DNA of 64,000 nt from Vicugna vicugna (GCA_013265495.1 MU059330.1:8612990-8676989), one strand, 5' to 3'. Counted from the first letter of the stretch, positions 1 through 14,340 are shown. A program made the numbers and translations. Notes: a model not told the origin generated them from the sequence alone.

Positions 1-824
1 CCCTTGGGATTGATATTATATTTTGAAAACCCCAATCCCTCGGGCTGTTGAGGAGACATAATTTCACATGTGTGCCTTCGTGGAGACTCGGCGGACTTCC
101 GCGCACATATCTCATATGATCTTGGAGCCTCTCATGCTCTGTCTTATCTGTCATCCTTGGTGCTCACAGATCGTGTTATTCTTAGATGCTCCCCAGGAGT
201 CACAGTGTAATGAGAGGAATCTGGCCAAAGGAAACCCAACTTCATCCTGATAAAAATGGTTAATTTTTAAAATTCTGACACTACACATATCTTTTATCTG
301 AATCTTTGCAAAAAAAAACATAATTAATGGACGTTATAACTTCTTCCCCAGTAGTCATTGTTTCTTGTTCTTTAGCAGAATCTAAAATTCCCCATTCGTT
401 GCTTTTATGCTGACGTTTGTGTAGGAGAGGCCTCTGAGTAGGTGCAGGTTTGAGTTTACTGTACGTTTATCGGGTTTGCCTCATTTGTTTGAAAGGAATC
501 TGAATTAACTGTCAGCATGTGTAATCAAGTTAAAAACAATAAGGGGCTAGTGTAGAGCAGAAAGGTTTACAATCCAGCGCTTTGCAGACATTTTACGTAC
601 ATCTCAGTGGAAGGCAGATATTTGCTTGACACGGTTTTAAATTGTAAATCATGTCCTTGTAACTGTACCGCAGTGAACTCCTTGGTAAGCCTGAATTTAG
701 AGAACGTTGATGGGCTTTTTTTTTGTAGTCCTTTCCGCTAGAGAGGGGAGGTGCCCCAGGCAGCTTGGGGATACTTTGCAGAGAACACAGTGAGATTCCA
801 AGCCCCTCAGTGGCAGATGCCCTG

Positions 825-900
825 TCTCTGTGGTTCACCCCTGCATCCTCAGCATTATCTCAGTACCTGGTGCTGGGTAGCTGCTCAGTGAATTGTGTGA
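825..900 (+). mobile_element. L2 3'-terminal fragment
   Basis: tgtggttcacccctgcatcctcagca...cctggtgctgggtagctgctcagtgaattgtgtgaa resembles the L2 terminus. Confidence 0.5.
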
Positions 901-1226
901 AAGGCGCTGGCAGCACTCAGATTAAGGGAGATCTGTCACAAATTAAAAGCAGCAACAGATAAGCATTCTCTCAGGGAGTCCCCAAAGCGTCATCATATTT
1001 GTAAGAATGCATGCAGAGAAGAGTCATGTCTTCAACATTTTAAGCTGCCTGTGTATCTCTCTCCCTTACTTAATCGTTTGTGTGCCGTTTCTCATGGCCA
1101 CCTCTTCAAGTAGGGGAAGGCATTAGAACTTAGAGCTATAGTGCCAGAGGTGAGATGGATCATAGAGATGGTGGCAGGGATTCTGAGCAGTTGACAGACA
1201 GAGAAATCTGTTTTAAAGTGAGAAAC

Positions 1227-1997
1227 ACTGAGGGTGTGGAGAAAAGGGAACCCTTCTACACTGTTGGTGGGAATGTAATTTGGTGTGGCCGCTATGGAAA
1301 AAAGTACGGAGATTCCTCAAAATACTAAAAATAGACTTACCCTATGATCCAGCAATTTCATTCCTGGGCATGTATCCAGAGGGAACTTTAATTCAAAAAG
1401 ATACATGCACCCCAATGTTCATAGCAGCACTATATACAATAGCCAAGACATGGGAACAAACTAAATGTCCACCAACAAATGACTAGATAAAGAAGTTGTG
1501 CTATATTTATGCAACGGAATACTACTTGGCCATAAAAAATAATAAAATAATGCCATTTGCTGCAAGATGGATGGACCTGGAGTTTGTCATTCTAAGTGAA
1601 GCCAGAAAGAGAAAGAAAAATACCATATGATATCACCTACATGTGGAATCTTTAAAAAAAAAAGAGACAAAATGAACTTATTTACAAAATAGAAACAAAC
1701 TCACAGACACAGAGAACAAATATATGGTTACTAGGAAGGAAGGGGATGGGGAGGGATAAACTGGGAGTTTGAGATTTGCAGATACTAACTACTCTATATA
1801 AAATAGATAAAACAAGTTCATACTGTTTAGCACAGGGAACTATATTCAGTATCTTGTAGTAACTTATGGTGAAAAAGAATATGAAAATGAATATATGTAT
1901 GTTCATGTGTGACTGAAGCATTGTGCTGTACACCAGATATTGACACAACATTGCAAACTGACATTGTATTTCAATAAAAATATATTAATATATATAC
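1227..1997 (+). mobile_element. 5'-truncated young (camelid-type) L1 3' end with target-site duplication
   Basis: ORF2 C-terminus-like text (ORF 1280..1486 ...[15 protein letters not shown]...), L1 3' UTR and AATAAA at 1973-1978. Flanking repeat aagtgaga(a/g)ac at 1216-1226 and 1998-2008, preceded by tttta. Confidence 0.93.
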
Positions 1998-2310
1998 AAG
2001 TGAGAGACTCCTATTAGCAAGTTCTCGCAAGATCATACATCCAGTGGTTAAACTGCTTGGTAAACGGTGCTGGCCCTAAGGAGTAGAAATAGGTGAGACC
2101 CAGGAGCACTGCGGCCTGTAAGGTGCCCTTGTGTGAGGCAGTCCAAGTTTCCCCTTCCGAGGGCCACAGCACCACAGGCCCAGGTCTTGGCAGGCAGCCG
2201 GCATGTGTTAAGCCCCTTCCTCTAAGGACAGACAGCCGTCTGCCAAAACACAAGGCTTTGGAGAAGATGCAGGCTGAATTTCAGCCCTTACATGCCCCTC
2301 TGCCAGAATC

Positions 2311-2387
2311 TTCTTTTTTTTAAATTGAAGTACAGTTGATTTGCAATGTTGTGCTAGTTTCTGGTGCACAGCATAGTGCTTCAGTCA

Positions 2388-2418
<31 letters not shown>

Positions 2419-2500
2419 TCTTTTGTCATATTCTTTTCCATTGTTGGCTCTTAAAGCTATTGAGTATAGCTCCCTGCACTGTACAGTAGGATATTGTTAC
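2311..2500 (-). mobile_element. Short L1 3' end, antisense, with internal (AT)14 at 2391-2418
   Basis: Poly-T then aattgaagtacagttgattt...tccctgcactgtacagtagga, the reverse complement of the L1 tail at 1800-1990. Confidence 0.85.
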
Positions 2501-2674
2501 TAGGAACTTCTTTTATGCAGTGTACATGCACAACCTTGCACGATGTTAATTCATCCGACTTTATGTATAAATATACATTATACATATATAAATATTTACA
2601 TTCACGTGTTCATACTCATAATGTGACATTTATGATGAGCAAGTGGAGAATCTTGTGAATAATACATTTTAGCC

Positions 2675-2960
2675 TAATGCTATAGTCATTCCAATAGATG
2701 CAAAACAAATGGTAAAATTCAACACTCATTCCTAATAGTTTTTTAAAAGTCAACAAAGCATAGAAGGGAGCTGCTTTAACCTTATGGAAGGTATCTATTG
2801 AAATGATACAGCAAACACTATCATACGTAACGGTGAAAGGTTAGAAGATTTTCCGCTAAAGTCAAAGAAGAGCCAAGGATTCCTGCCAGCACTGCTAACT
2901 TTCAGTGTTGTTCTGGAGATCATAGCCTATTGAGTACAACAAGGCAAAGAAATAAGAGTG
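2675..2960 (+). mobile_element. Old L1M ORF2 (reverse transcriptase region) fragment
   Basis: Degenerate match to the ORF2 segment ...IDAEKAFDKIQHPF...NGEKLKAFPLRSG.RQGCPL...RQEKEIKG. Confidence 0.75.
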
Positions 2961-4146
2961 GTGAAGTCACGGACCCCTGCCAGCACTCTCACCTGTGTCC
3001 CAAAGGTCAGGGACTGCTGGTCAATGGCCAGTCATTAGATGTGGGGCAACGTTCATTTACTGTGTGTTTGGCAAATGGCGCTGTACTGAGCCCCTGCACT
3101 GAGCAGGTGGCGTTGGGGCAGGGTGCTCAACTGGACAGGCTCCTGCCCAGCCACTTGAACCAAAGCCACGTGATCTTTATCTGTGTGCATATTGTTTATT
3201 GATTGAAAGATTGTTCAGTATCTTTAAAGGTCTGGAGGACCATTGAGAAAAAGTTATAAAAGCACAAAATGCTAAAGCTGGTTTTCTGATGCATGGACCC
3301 CACTAGTGCCATGTTTGATGGAGGAAGAGCCAAGAACTCTTCTGCTGTGTGACACATAGCAGGTGTCCAGTGAGTTAGAAACAGAAAATGAAAGACAGGT
3401 AGCAGGTGTCTTCCCAAGTCCCTGGAGACACCCCTGTGCAGAAGGTCCCTGTCCCTGCATCCTAGGCTGCTACCCTCCAGGGCACAGAGGTAGCAGGAAG
3501 AAGGGAGTGGTATTCTCAGGCAAATGTAGGAGAATCACATATTCCAGCAAAGGCAGAGAGGCCTGAAGCCACAGGATATATTTGTGGATTTACAAGATGG
3601 TACCGCATGGCCTGGTACAGGCCCCCAGATGGGAGGGGTTGACACAGTGCAATTGATCTAATTTCCTGAATCTGGGAAGCTCAGCGCTCCGAGTTTTGTC
3701 CTGCTGGTGACTTGGAGTCATAGAATTGCAATTAACAGCTGTGTTCTTCGAGGCAGCCACCCCAACCCACCATTCAAACTCTCTTGCATTAGAACCTCTC
3801 ACATAGTACTTTGATTATTGTTTTGTGAAATTATATATATACATATGTTATATATAATTGTATATTATATATATTAAATATATATTTAGGCTTCTAGCTG
3901 CTGGTGTCATGCTTGCCTGCCCGTGTGAACTCTTGTTTGAGAAATCCTCCCATCTCACTCCCCTGACTGCAACGTTCTGTCTGAGTGTGGGTTAGAACAT
4001 TTCACGGTGTCATAAAGCCAAGTATCTTCTAATACTGAGGAATGATCTGAAGGAAGAAAACTGCTTTTCTTCTGTCACAAGAGAAGAGAAAACGTAGATG
4101 TCTATAGTCACCCTAACGCATCTCTTGCTTTTCTTACTCTGTATAC

Positions 4147-4435
4147 TCTTTCCTTTCTTTGTTGAAGTGTAGTCACTTTTGTGTGAATTTCTGGTGTACA
4201 GCACAAGGTCCCAGTCATGCATATACGTACATGTATTCCTTTCCATATTCTTTTCATTAAAGCTCATTACAAGGGATTGAATATAGTTCCCTGTGCTATA
4301 CAGAAGACATTTGTTTTTTGTCAATTTTTATATATAACAGTTAATATTTGCAAATCTCGAACTCCCTAATGTACCCGTTCCCGCTCCCTTTCCCCCAATA
4401 ACCAGAAGATTGCTTCCTAAATCCGAGAGTCTGTT
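4147..4435 (-). mobile_element. L1 3' end fragment, antisense
   Basis: ttgaagtgtagtca...gaatatagttccctgtgctatacag...tttgcaaatctcgaactcc; same family as 1227-1997. Confidence 0.85.
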
Positions 4436-5439
4436 AAAAGTATTTTCAGTAATAAGTAAATTTAATTATAACCTCAAGACATTAATAAGCCACTGAATTA
4501 AGCTCTGGGAGAGAAGGTTATAAATTTTGAAAATAAATCCATCAGTAGCGGTCTTAGACAGATGATTGTGTTATGATGTTGTCACTTCATTTAGACAGAA
4601 TATTCACTTCTGTGATAGTTCATTTTGGAAAGATCTTATGAAAGCCGTTATGTATTTATATTACTGCATTGAGATGGTGTCGTCTACCCAGAAAGGACCA
4701 TGCCTTTATCCCCAGGTTGGAGTCCCATCCCTCTCTGGGATCTTGGGGGCCTCCTGTTAATGCAGCTCCCAGCCTTAGGGGGAGAGCCAGCAGAATCATG
4801 GGGAAGGTCAGGGAGCCCGACCCCAGCCGTGGGCCTTATGGTGAACCTTGGCCATCGATTGTGGCCACAGCCCTGGGCAGACTTCTCTCCCACTGTGCTC
4901 GCCATCACTCCTGCTGGGACCCTGTGCATACATTTTGAACACATACAGTTGGGGCACAAAAACTTTTAACTTTATTAAGAAAAAACTTAGGATGAAATAC
5001 CTAACTATTCCGATAACTTATATTGTAACCTGCAGGTCTTTTACTTTCTGCACTGAAGACGTTACGTTTTTTCTAAAGTGGGTAAGATCGCACGGCGGCT
5101 TCCATTTGTTTTGTACTTGCAGTGACATTCTGCTGTTAAGGCATGGACCATTTAGCCAGAATTAGATGCTCAAGGCAACTCGTCTGCTGGGTGTGTCTCA
5201 CCTCTGGCGCTGTGACTGAGGAGGAAAATGCCCCTTGGTACAAAACTGGTCGGTCTGTCGGACACAGCATCCCAGGCTGAGTGGCCCATGGCACTGGCCA
5301 CAGTGTCAATGAGCAGGTCCTCATGTTATTTAAGATCAAGTCCCTGCTGCATCTGAACTCCCGTTATACGTAGTTGGTGTGGGCGTCTGGTGCTTTCACG
5401 TCTCCCCTGAACTTCCCCTGCTTGTTTTCTCCATTAGCA

Positions 5440-5550
5440 TTTTCAGTCCCCTGAGGATGCAGCTTAGCGTCTTGCCCACAGTACAGACCCTCCAATGGTG
5501 ATTACTGAAATAAGGATGCGTGGATGGGTGGATAGATGGATAGATCAATG
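5440..5550 (+). mobile_element. L2 terminus with GGAT/AGAT tail
   Basis: cttgcccacagtacagaccctccaatgg...gaaataaggatgcgtggatgggtggatagatgg. Confidence 0.45.
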
Positions 5551-7353
5551 ATGCTTCTATTTTTCATGCCTGTGTTTTTGTTGAAAATGTTATTTGGATA
5601 ATATTACTTTGACTTTAATTTCAAAAATATAATTGTTAAAATTTGGACATTTAGGACATTACCTATAAGTTTTGGCAGGGACTATTCATGAAGTAATAGG
5701 AATCTAGTCGAACAATCTGAATTATAAGAAGACAGTTACTGAAAGCTCTTTATTTGAGAAGCATAATTTCCCACAATAACTTGGCCAAAAGAAGAGCAAA
5801 AGAAAATTGTTTCTTGTGCTTTAAATTATAAGCAAAGATGTTGATAAAACATACGTGTTTTTCATTTCCCAGTTCCATTAAATGATGGGGTCCTAGCTTA
5901 GAGAGCCAAAAAAACACCCAAGAGTTCCAAATATTTCCATACTGGTGAAAGGAAATAACAGAAGGGCTTTGACTTTAGCAGTGGATGTTCCAAATGCATC
6001 GTTCATGATGTAAGAATTTTAGATTAAATAAATGTTCCTACAGCTATCTTTTAGGACACGAAATCTTACCTAATTACTTAAGGAATGTGAACTAATAAAA
6101 AGTCAGCTTCACATCAACTCAGATAAGAATAAATTTTGAAGATAATTTTCTGCTAGATAATCACGTTATCAAGGGAGTGAAATCGACATGGAAACTTGGC
6201 TGCCAGTTAAATTTAAGCTTATTTTGCCAGTTGGGTAAATCCATTCCCCTGTGTGTAACTCTGCTAGGATATTATGGGATGCTGTGACCATCTGCATTTT
6301 CATGGACAGGGGATGACTTCTCAAGTGATCCACTTTGAAGGGCCTCTAATATTTTCCCGCCCTGCGTCCCTTCTTCATTCCCAGGCTGCTGTGCAGGCCA
6401 AAGATGCCCCTTGTACCAGGCTCCCTGCTCATCATCGTAAACACCTTGTCTGGTTAACACTCCCAGTCATTATGATGGCTTTCTTTGCATGCCCATTTTA
6501 CAGGTGAGAAAGCTAAGGCACTAGATTAAGGAACTGATGGGAGGAGACCCCCCTGGACAGCCCTGGTTAAGACCATAGCTGTGCTGTTATCGAGGAATCA
6601 CAGTGCAGGTGACTAATGGAAAACAGACCAGCTGCTCCCAAGGCTCCAAGTAGGACTCCACAAACAAACACGCCGTGCAAAAAGCAGAACAAAACTTCTG
6701 TCTTCTTAAGCTGTCTTCAGGAATCTTGTCAGCTGAGTAGGCAAATAGGAGAAGATATTGTACCTCTGTTTTGGTCTAAGTTCCTTTGGCTACAAAGGCA
6801 GAATTAAAAATTAAATCAAAGTAGCCAAATGCGCTAAGAGAAGAAAGTGGTGCTGAATTATTTTACCATCAACGGGCAGGTGAAAACAAGCTGTGTTTAT
6901 TTACCAGCCCCATCTGACTCATTTGTTTTTAGTACATTCTCAAAGGCTCAAAACAAATTGTTTTAGAGATTAATTTCTATGTAAAATAAATGTTTACTTA
7001 TCAAACAAAGACTAATCACAAGATGTTGGTACATTGCTAACAGTTGCCTAGGTGCTAAATAATAGCCTTTAATACACTACATGCAGTACATTTATTTCTT
7101 TTCAATTAGAGTTTGCCCAAGCCATGAGTATGGGTTTAGCCTGTCTCTTCATGACTGAATTTTTCATAACCCTTCCATTATTGTAATTTGCATGTGCATT
7201 TTCTTGCCAAGAAATTAAGCCACTTTAGCCCACACAAGTGTGGCTGTGTGACTACAACCATAACATCCAAATCCTCATGGTTATAGAGAGCATTTCCGAT
7301 TCCTTGTCTCAAATCATATTTTTCTTACAGTTGTATGTGTATGGTGAGATACT

Positions 7354-7371
7354 CACACACACACACACACA
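7354..7371. repeat. (CA)9 microsatellite
   Basis: Read directly. Confidence 0.95.
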
Positions 7372-8781
7372 AGATCATTTTCTAGTATGAAAGCAGAAGA
7401 CTATTTGTTGCTATTTTGTACTTAAAAGAATCCAGAGCAACTACCCCCAAACACCGCTGTGGAAGCAAAACCCAACAGTTGTCCTTCCAAAACCTTCATC
7501 TGGAATAATACACCCTCAGTTTGGTTTACATCAGTTTACTCCAGTTCATCCAAAATTCCTCATAAGAATCCTAAAAATATGTACAAATTACTATAGTTTT
7601 CAGAAGCAAGCATATGACAGTGAAGCATTTTTTCCTTTAAAAATGGATGAATGGAAGTAAAGGGGGGACTTTCTTTGCTCAAGGTCGCCCATTTCAATCA
7701 TCAATTTCAGAAGGAAACATTTTTTCCCAATGATAGGTTTTCACTCCTAACAAAAAGTAGTTCTCCTCTCGTTTCGAGGTATTTGCCAGAAAAAGGTGTC
7801 TGGATGCTTGATGTTCATGCTCAAAGACTAAGAATTTAAGGACATTATAGTGAGCGAATAAGCTAAATAAATGGTGCCCACTTGAGATGCGTGTTTACAG
7901 AAAGTCCTCAAATCGCAGCCTCTATAATAAAGAAGGGTTCGAGCGGCAGCACTGACTTTCTTTTTCTCTCGGGCTCTCTACAGTATTATAACAAGAAGTG
8001 CCTCCCATAATGTGTAAGGAGGGAAGCCGGGTCCATGTTTGTGGATTCACACACATATATAGCCTAGCACACACGGGGGCACATACCTTTTTGCAGCAAG
8101 AAAACAGGAATGCTTGCTGCTTTTCGGCTCTTAAAAGAATGCAGGTTGACTGCTGGCTGCAAGTGAACACAGCCGTTAGAAAGGCCCTGAGAGGTTCGTC
8201 TCCACCAGGCCCCCCTTTGGCGGCAGCAGGGCTGGTAGTCACCCAAATAGAGGAGGAAGTTGCACCAAACAGGCTTTACCCTCAAAAGCCCTTGGGCTGG
8301 GGAGACCCGTGTGCAAACGGTGATGCAGTGAAGATTTACGAACACGGTGTGAGAGAGAATGGTGGCTGCTCAGAGGGGGTCTGCTGATGTGCAAGCGGTG
8401 GCTGCAATAGGACCCTGGGTTCTTCCATTTCAAAATAGCCACTCTTTTTGTTTCAATATTGCTTTCACACCTGAGAGAATATTTCTATCTTATTTCATTG
8501 GGCCTTTAGGAAAAGTAGTGGAAGTAAATCAGGACTATTCTTTAAAATCTCTAAATCATCATCCTCTCTTCAGAGGAGCTGGGACAGACTGTGTGTCATG
8601 TAGCGTTGGAGTGTCCAGTCTTTTTCCCGTCTGTGAACCAGATCCAGGTGCGTGCCCTGAGTATTTATTTTGGGTCAGCAGACTAACTCCAAAGCAAAAT
8701 TCTGCATTCAAAAATGTGTTTGTTTAGTGCTTGGAGATCGTCGTGTGTAACTCCTCATTTGTCATTCGTTGGGGTGTGTTT

Positions 8782-9132
8782 TGCAGCACGCTGAATGCTT
8801 GTGCCCCACCCCCACCTCTCAAAATCCACGTGTTGAAAACCTCATGCCTGCATGTGATGGTATCAGGAGATGGTGAGGTCATGAGGGCGGAGCCCCTGTG
8901 AGCGGGACTGGTGTTCTTACAAAAGAGGCCCAGAGACGTAGCTAGCCCCTTTTGCCACATGAGGTTACACAGAGAGGTCTGTGACTCAGAAGGTGACCCT
9001 CACCTGATCGTGCAGGCACCCTGATTTTGGGCTTCCAGTCTGCAGAGCTGTGGGAAATACATTTCCGTGGTTTATAAACTGCCCCATCTGGTCTGTGGTG
9101 TTTTGTTAAAGCAGCCTGAACAGACTAAGGCA
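8782..9132 (+). mobile_element. MaLR solo LTR, MLT1A/MLT1B-like
   Basis: Starts tgcagcacgctgaatgcttgtgcccc and ends gcagcctgaacagactaaggca; about 350 bp with typical internal MLT1 motifs. Confidence 0.85.
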
Positions 9133-9635
9133 CGTGCTGAGCGTCTAAAGGTTTGCGGAGGGTTAGACAGTGAGCCTTGGGGCTGGGTTCTCCCTCCCGC
9201 AAACCATCCTGTGGCTCACAAACTTCTCCAAAGCCCAGGGAAGATAGTTTCAATTTCTTCCTGTTCAAAGGCACGAAAATGCACTGCAGCTAAAGAAACT
9301 GACTTTAAGAGAAATGCGGTTATAAAAGAACACAGCTGGTACAGGCAGGTGCCACTTGGCTGACTGTATGAAAGAAAGCAGCATTTTTTAGTCATATCTG
9401 ATGACAGGTAAGATTGGGCTGGAAGGCGCACACTTTGTACGTATGATGCGTTTACCTACAAATACTTAGTAGTTACTTTCAGTCGCAAAGATTCAAACAT
9501 GACTGCCATAAAAATAACTGTAATGTTAATTCGCGTGCAGGTATCTGCAAACACAACTGTTTGGAAATCACTTCTAAGTCAGCGAGGTAACCACCACTTT
9601 TTTAGAAAGAGGCTTGTTCTTCTGTGATTATATAT

Positions 9636-12600
9636 TGTTTAATATTTTATTGGGTATGATTGGTAAACAGTAATAGCACTTGTAACATTTGATCCATTTT
9701 GACAAATGTGTACATTCATGAAACCATCAACACAAGAGAACGAACATGTTCATCAACCCGAAGGGTTTCCTGTTTCCTTGGTAACCCCTCCCTCTTCTAT
9801 CTCCCTGCCCACCCTGATCCCAGGTAGCCACTCATCTTTTGAATTCTACGTTTGTTTTCGTTTTCCGTGATGTTCTACGAATGGAATCATACAGCGTCAC
9901 AATGGTTCCTGCTGGCTTCTTTCGCTCAGCATAATTCTTTTCAGATTCTTTTATGTTGTGTATAACATCAGATCATTTCTTTTCATTGCTGAGTAGTATT
10001 GTTATTTGGATATAAGATCATTTGTTTAAATGTTTGCCTGCTGATGGATATTTGAGTGGTTTCCAGTTTGGGGCTATTACAAATAAAGCTGTTTTGAACA
10101 TTCATGTGCAAGGATTTGTAGCAACACTTCCCCTTGCGCTTGGGTAAATACCTAGCAGGGGAATGTCCAGATCACATGGTAAGTTATGTTTAATTTTAGA
10201 GGAGAGTGTCAAAATAGTTCTCAAAACAATTGTCCCATTTTACATTCCGACCAGCAGGGTGTGAGGGCATCCCCGTTGCTCTGCGAGCTCGCCAGCATTT
10301 GATGTTGTTAGGTTTGGGGTTTCTTCTGTTTTGTTTTGTTTTAGCTGTTCTAATACATGTGTAGTGGTTTACTTGTGGTTTTAATTTACTGTTTTCTAAA
10401 AAATGACATTGAGTATCTTTACATATGTTTTTTGCCATCTGTGTATCGTCTTTGGTGAAATGTCTCTTCATAACACTTGGTAGTTGTTTTTTAGTGTTGA
10501 GTTTTAATTTGTTTTATATCTGATGGATACGAGTCTTCTGTCAGACATCTGATTTGCCGATACTCTCCTGGGTGTGACTAGTCTTTTATTCTCTTAACGG
10601 TGTCTCTCAAAAGCAGAGGGTCCTGATTTTGATTATTTTTATTTCTTTCATGAGTGATGCTTTTGGCATTGTATCTAGGAAATCTTTGCTTAACCTAAGG
10701 TCACAGAAATATTCTCCTAGGTTTTCTTCTAGAAGTTTTATTGTGTTAGCTATTGGGCTGTGATCCATTTGAGTTTATCGTCATAGGTAGAGCAAGCCAT
10801 TGATCAAAGTTCCTGGTTCCGCCTGTGGATAGCTAGTTGCTCCAGCACTACTCTGCTGCGGACTACTTTCTCCACTAAATTGCCTTTGTACCTTTTTGAA
10901 AAATCCATAACCCGCGTACATACGGCTCTATTTCTGGGCTTTCCATTCTGTTCCTTTGCTCAGTCATTCCTTTTTAATGCCACAGCACTCTGATTATTGG
11001 AGCTTTACAATGAATCTTGAAGTCAGGTTGTATAAGCCTCCAGCAATGCCCTTTCTTTGCAAAATGCTTTTGTTGTTCTAGATACTTTGTATTTCCATAT
11101 GAATTTTAGAGTTCACCTGTCAAATTTTATTTTTTAAAACAGCCTTCTGGAATTGTAACTAAGATTCCTTTGATTCTGTAGCTCATTTAGAAGATTCAGT
11201 TTCCTTTAAGTGTACCAGTCATACACATATTTTGTGAGACTTATTCCTAAGTATTTCTTATTTTTGATAATATTATAAATGTCATTCTGTTAATTTATGA
11301 CTGCTCATTGCTAGTACATAGGAACAAAATGAATATTTTATACTGATCTTATATTATTTAGCTTTTACAAAGACATGCAGGCTTTAACTTTTAAGTAAGA
11401 TGTTGCTTATATGTTTTTAGTAGCTATCCTTCGTCAGATTTAGGAAATTCATTTTTATTCCTAGTTGATTGAGAATTTTTATAAGGAATGGACTTTTGGA
11501 TCTTATCAAATGGTACTGTATTGAAACGATCTGTATCTGTTGAGATGTTCATATAGGTTTACTTCCCAGAATGTTAAATATGGTGAATTACATTGATCCA
11601 GTTTTAAGCGTTACAACAACCTTGCCCCCATGACATCCTCCCTATGTAATTATGAGACATTAACTTTTTTATGTAGTTTGGAGTTTTGTTTATTAAAATC
11701 CTGTTATTCATTTTTGTATCTAAGTTCATGAGGAATATTCACATGTAGTTTTCTTTTTTTCTAATATCTTTGTCTGGTTTTGATGTCAGATTAAAGCTGA
11801 CCTCATAGAATGTTGTGTAGAGTTGATTTTATTTCTTGCATCTTCCATGTTTCTACTTAATATGTTCAGTCTTCCTTCCAGCTCCTTGGATGTATGCAAT
11901 ACAATTATAATAACTATTTTTAAATGTTCTTGACTACAAATTCTGTCATCTATGTCATTTCTGTGCCAAGTTCAATTGACTAACTTTTCTCTTCATAATA
12001 GGTTGTTTTTTAACAGCTTCTTGGCATATCTGGTAATTTTAGATTAGATGTAAGTGAGACATTGTGACCTTTTCCTTGTGCTTTGGACGCTCTTGTATTT
12101 CCCCAAACATGCTAGAGCTCCTCTTTGAGACAGGATCAAGTTATGTGAAATCAGTGTGACCTTTTTGGTTTTTGCTTGTTTAAGCTTTGTTAGTTGAAAT
12201 CGGGGCAGAGGTTGATCTGGGATGATTTCTCCCCACTAGGGAAGCGAGACACTTCTTGGTACATTAACGAATGCCAGTGAGTTAGGAAGCTTCTCAGGCT
12301 GGCTCTTAGGAGCAAGCACTTCTCCCAGCCCTTTGTGAGCCACATGCCCTGTTCCCTCTGATCTTCTTCGATGGATCTCTCCCTACCCATGTGTCGTTTC
12401 TTCCACCGGCTTCTCACAGCTGAATACTTGAGGGGGAGTGCAAAACGGTGAGGAGCTGGGGTTTTCTCCCTGTGCAGCCCTCTCTTTCTGAGAACCCCAG
12501 CTGCTTTGGCTTCCTTCAGTTCTCAGCTCTGCCTCTTCAGTCACTCTTTGCCCTCCACCACCACCTGGAAATCTTCTCAAGGTTGTAGGCGGGGTCCATT

Positions 12601-12750
12601 GTGGGGCTCATCTCATGTTTCCTTCACCTGGTGATCACTGTCCCTCATTGCCTGATGTCCAATATCTTCAGAACTGTTCATATATCTGTTGTTTTCAGTG
12701 GAAGAGTTAATTCCATTTCTGTTGCCCAGCTTGGTTGGAAGCAGAGGTCA
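9636..12750 (-). mobile_element. Ancient L1M element, antisense: 3' UTR and ORF2 part joined directly to the ORF1/5' region
   Basis: 3' UTR and ORF2-like text from about 9636 to 11812 (minus ORF 10196..10471 MKRHFTKDDTQMAK...), then L1M ORF1/5'-end-like text to about 12750. Confidence 0.8.
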
Positions 12751-13770
12751 TTCTGTGACATCACAATCTTGAGTGCATTATCCCCCTTTCCTTCCCTTTC
12801 TTGCTGGGATCACTAAACTGATTTCCTAGACCTCCCGTCAATCTTTGCTCTGTCTCCACAGGCTCCTGGGATCACAGATTTATGTCCGTGCACGTGCTTT
12901 GGTGCTTTGGCCCCTTGCAAGCACAGTTGTGACACTTCCTTGTTTCTCTTATGCAGAATGGGTTTCTGTCTTGTGTGACGCACTTAGTTACTGAAAGAAA
13001 ATTTGATAAGTGAATATGTAAGCCATGAGTATTCCATACAAGAATAGATTTAGTTCATATCTTCATCTATTGATAAAATCCCTTTAAGCGTGATTTTCTT
13101 ACTTTGTGCCAAACACATGGTATCAACATTCTGCTTGGATTGTCACCATTTATCTATTTCACTTTCAACTTATAGACTATGAGATATGTTTGTTTTCTCA
13201 AAGGAATAATAAACAGCAAAACAAGGAGAGCCTTACTTAGCCATCTATTTTTTCCCCAAGTTTATGCAAATTCCACCAGAATGGGTTTATTTGTGAATTG
13301 ATCGATATGACTTATCCAGTCATCAAAAATAGTATTATTATACTTAAGATTGCTAATATAAGATAAATATGGCAGAGTTCTTGCTCTTGACAATTCTGCA
13401 GTCCATTAGTGGAGGCAGAATTACAAACACACAATTAAATGTCAGTGAAATACGTGCACTGAGTCTGTGAAACAGGCCTGAGATGCTGGTGGCCTGAATT
13501 AAAAGAGACAGTTAAGATGGGGAGGAGGGAAAGAACCCCAGAAGCCATGTCTCTAGGACTTGGCCTAGAAGGGAGGGAGACCAGCAGGGAGCCCCCCCCC
13601 GGATTTTCATATTAAACTTTTGAATGTGTGGTTGTATCGCTGTTGACTGGGACAGAGGAAACACAGGCAGCACATTTGGAGAAGAATCGTTTAAAATTGC
13701 TTTAGTTATCACGCCTTTTTTTCCCTTTGTTGTTCTTGACCCTTTTTTTGCCCTTTTGCTGTTGTCTTCA

Positions 13771-14299
13771 TTTTTATTTTTTTCCAGCTTTATTGAGAGA
13801 TAATGGACACATAGCATTGTGTAGGTTTAAGGTGCACACTGTGTTGATTAGATACATTTATAAATTGCAAAATGATGACCACCATAACATTAGCTACCAC
13901 CTCTAACCTGGCACATAATTACCCTTTCTTTTCTGTGGTGAGAAGGTTTAAGATCTACTCTCTCAGTGCCATTCAAGTATATGATACAGTATTATTAGCC
14001 ATAATCACCATGCTGTACGTTAGCTCCTTGGACTTACTAATCTTATAAAACTAGACGTTTGTACCCTTTGACCACCATTTCCCCATTTTCCCAACCTCCC
14101 AACCCCCAACCGCTGGTAACTTCCACTCCACTCTGTGTTTCTCTGAGTTTGTCAGTTTTAGATTCCACCTATGAGTGAAATCATATAGAGTTTATCCTTC
14201 TCCGTCTGACTTATTTCACTTAGCATAATACTCTCAAGGTCCAGCCAAGTTGTTGCAAATGGCAGGGTTTACTTCTTTCTCATGGCTGAGTAATATTCC

Positions 14300-14340
<41 letters not shown>

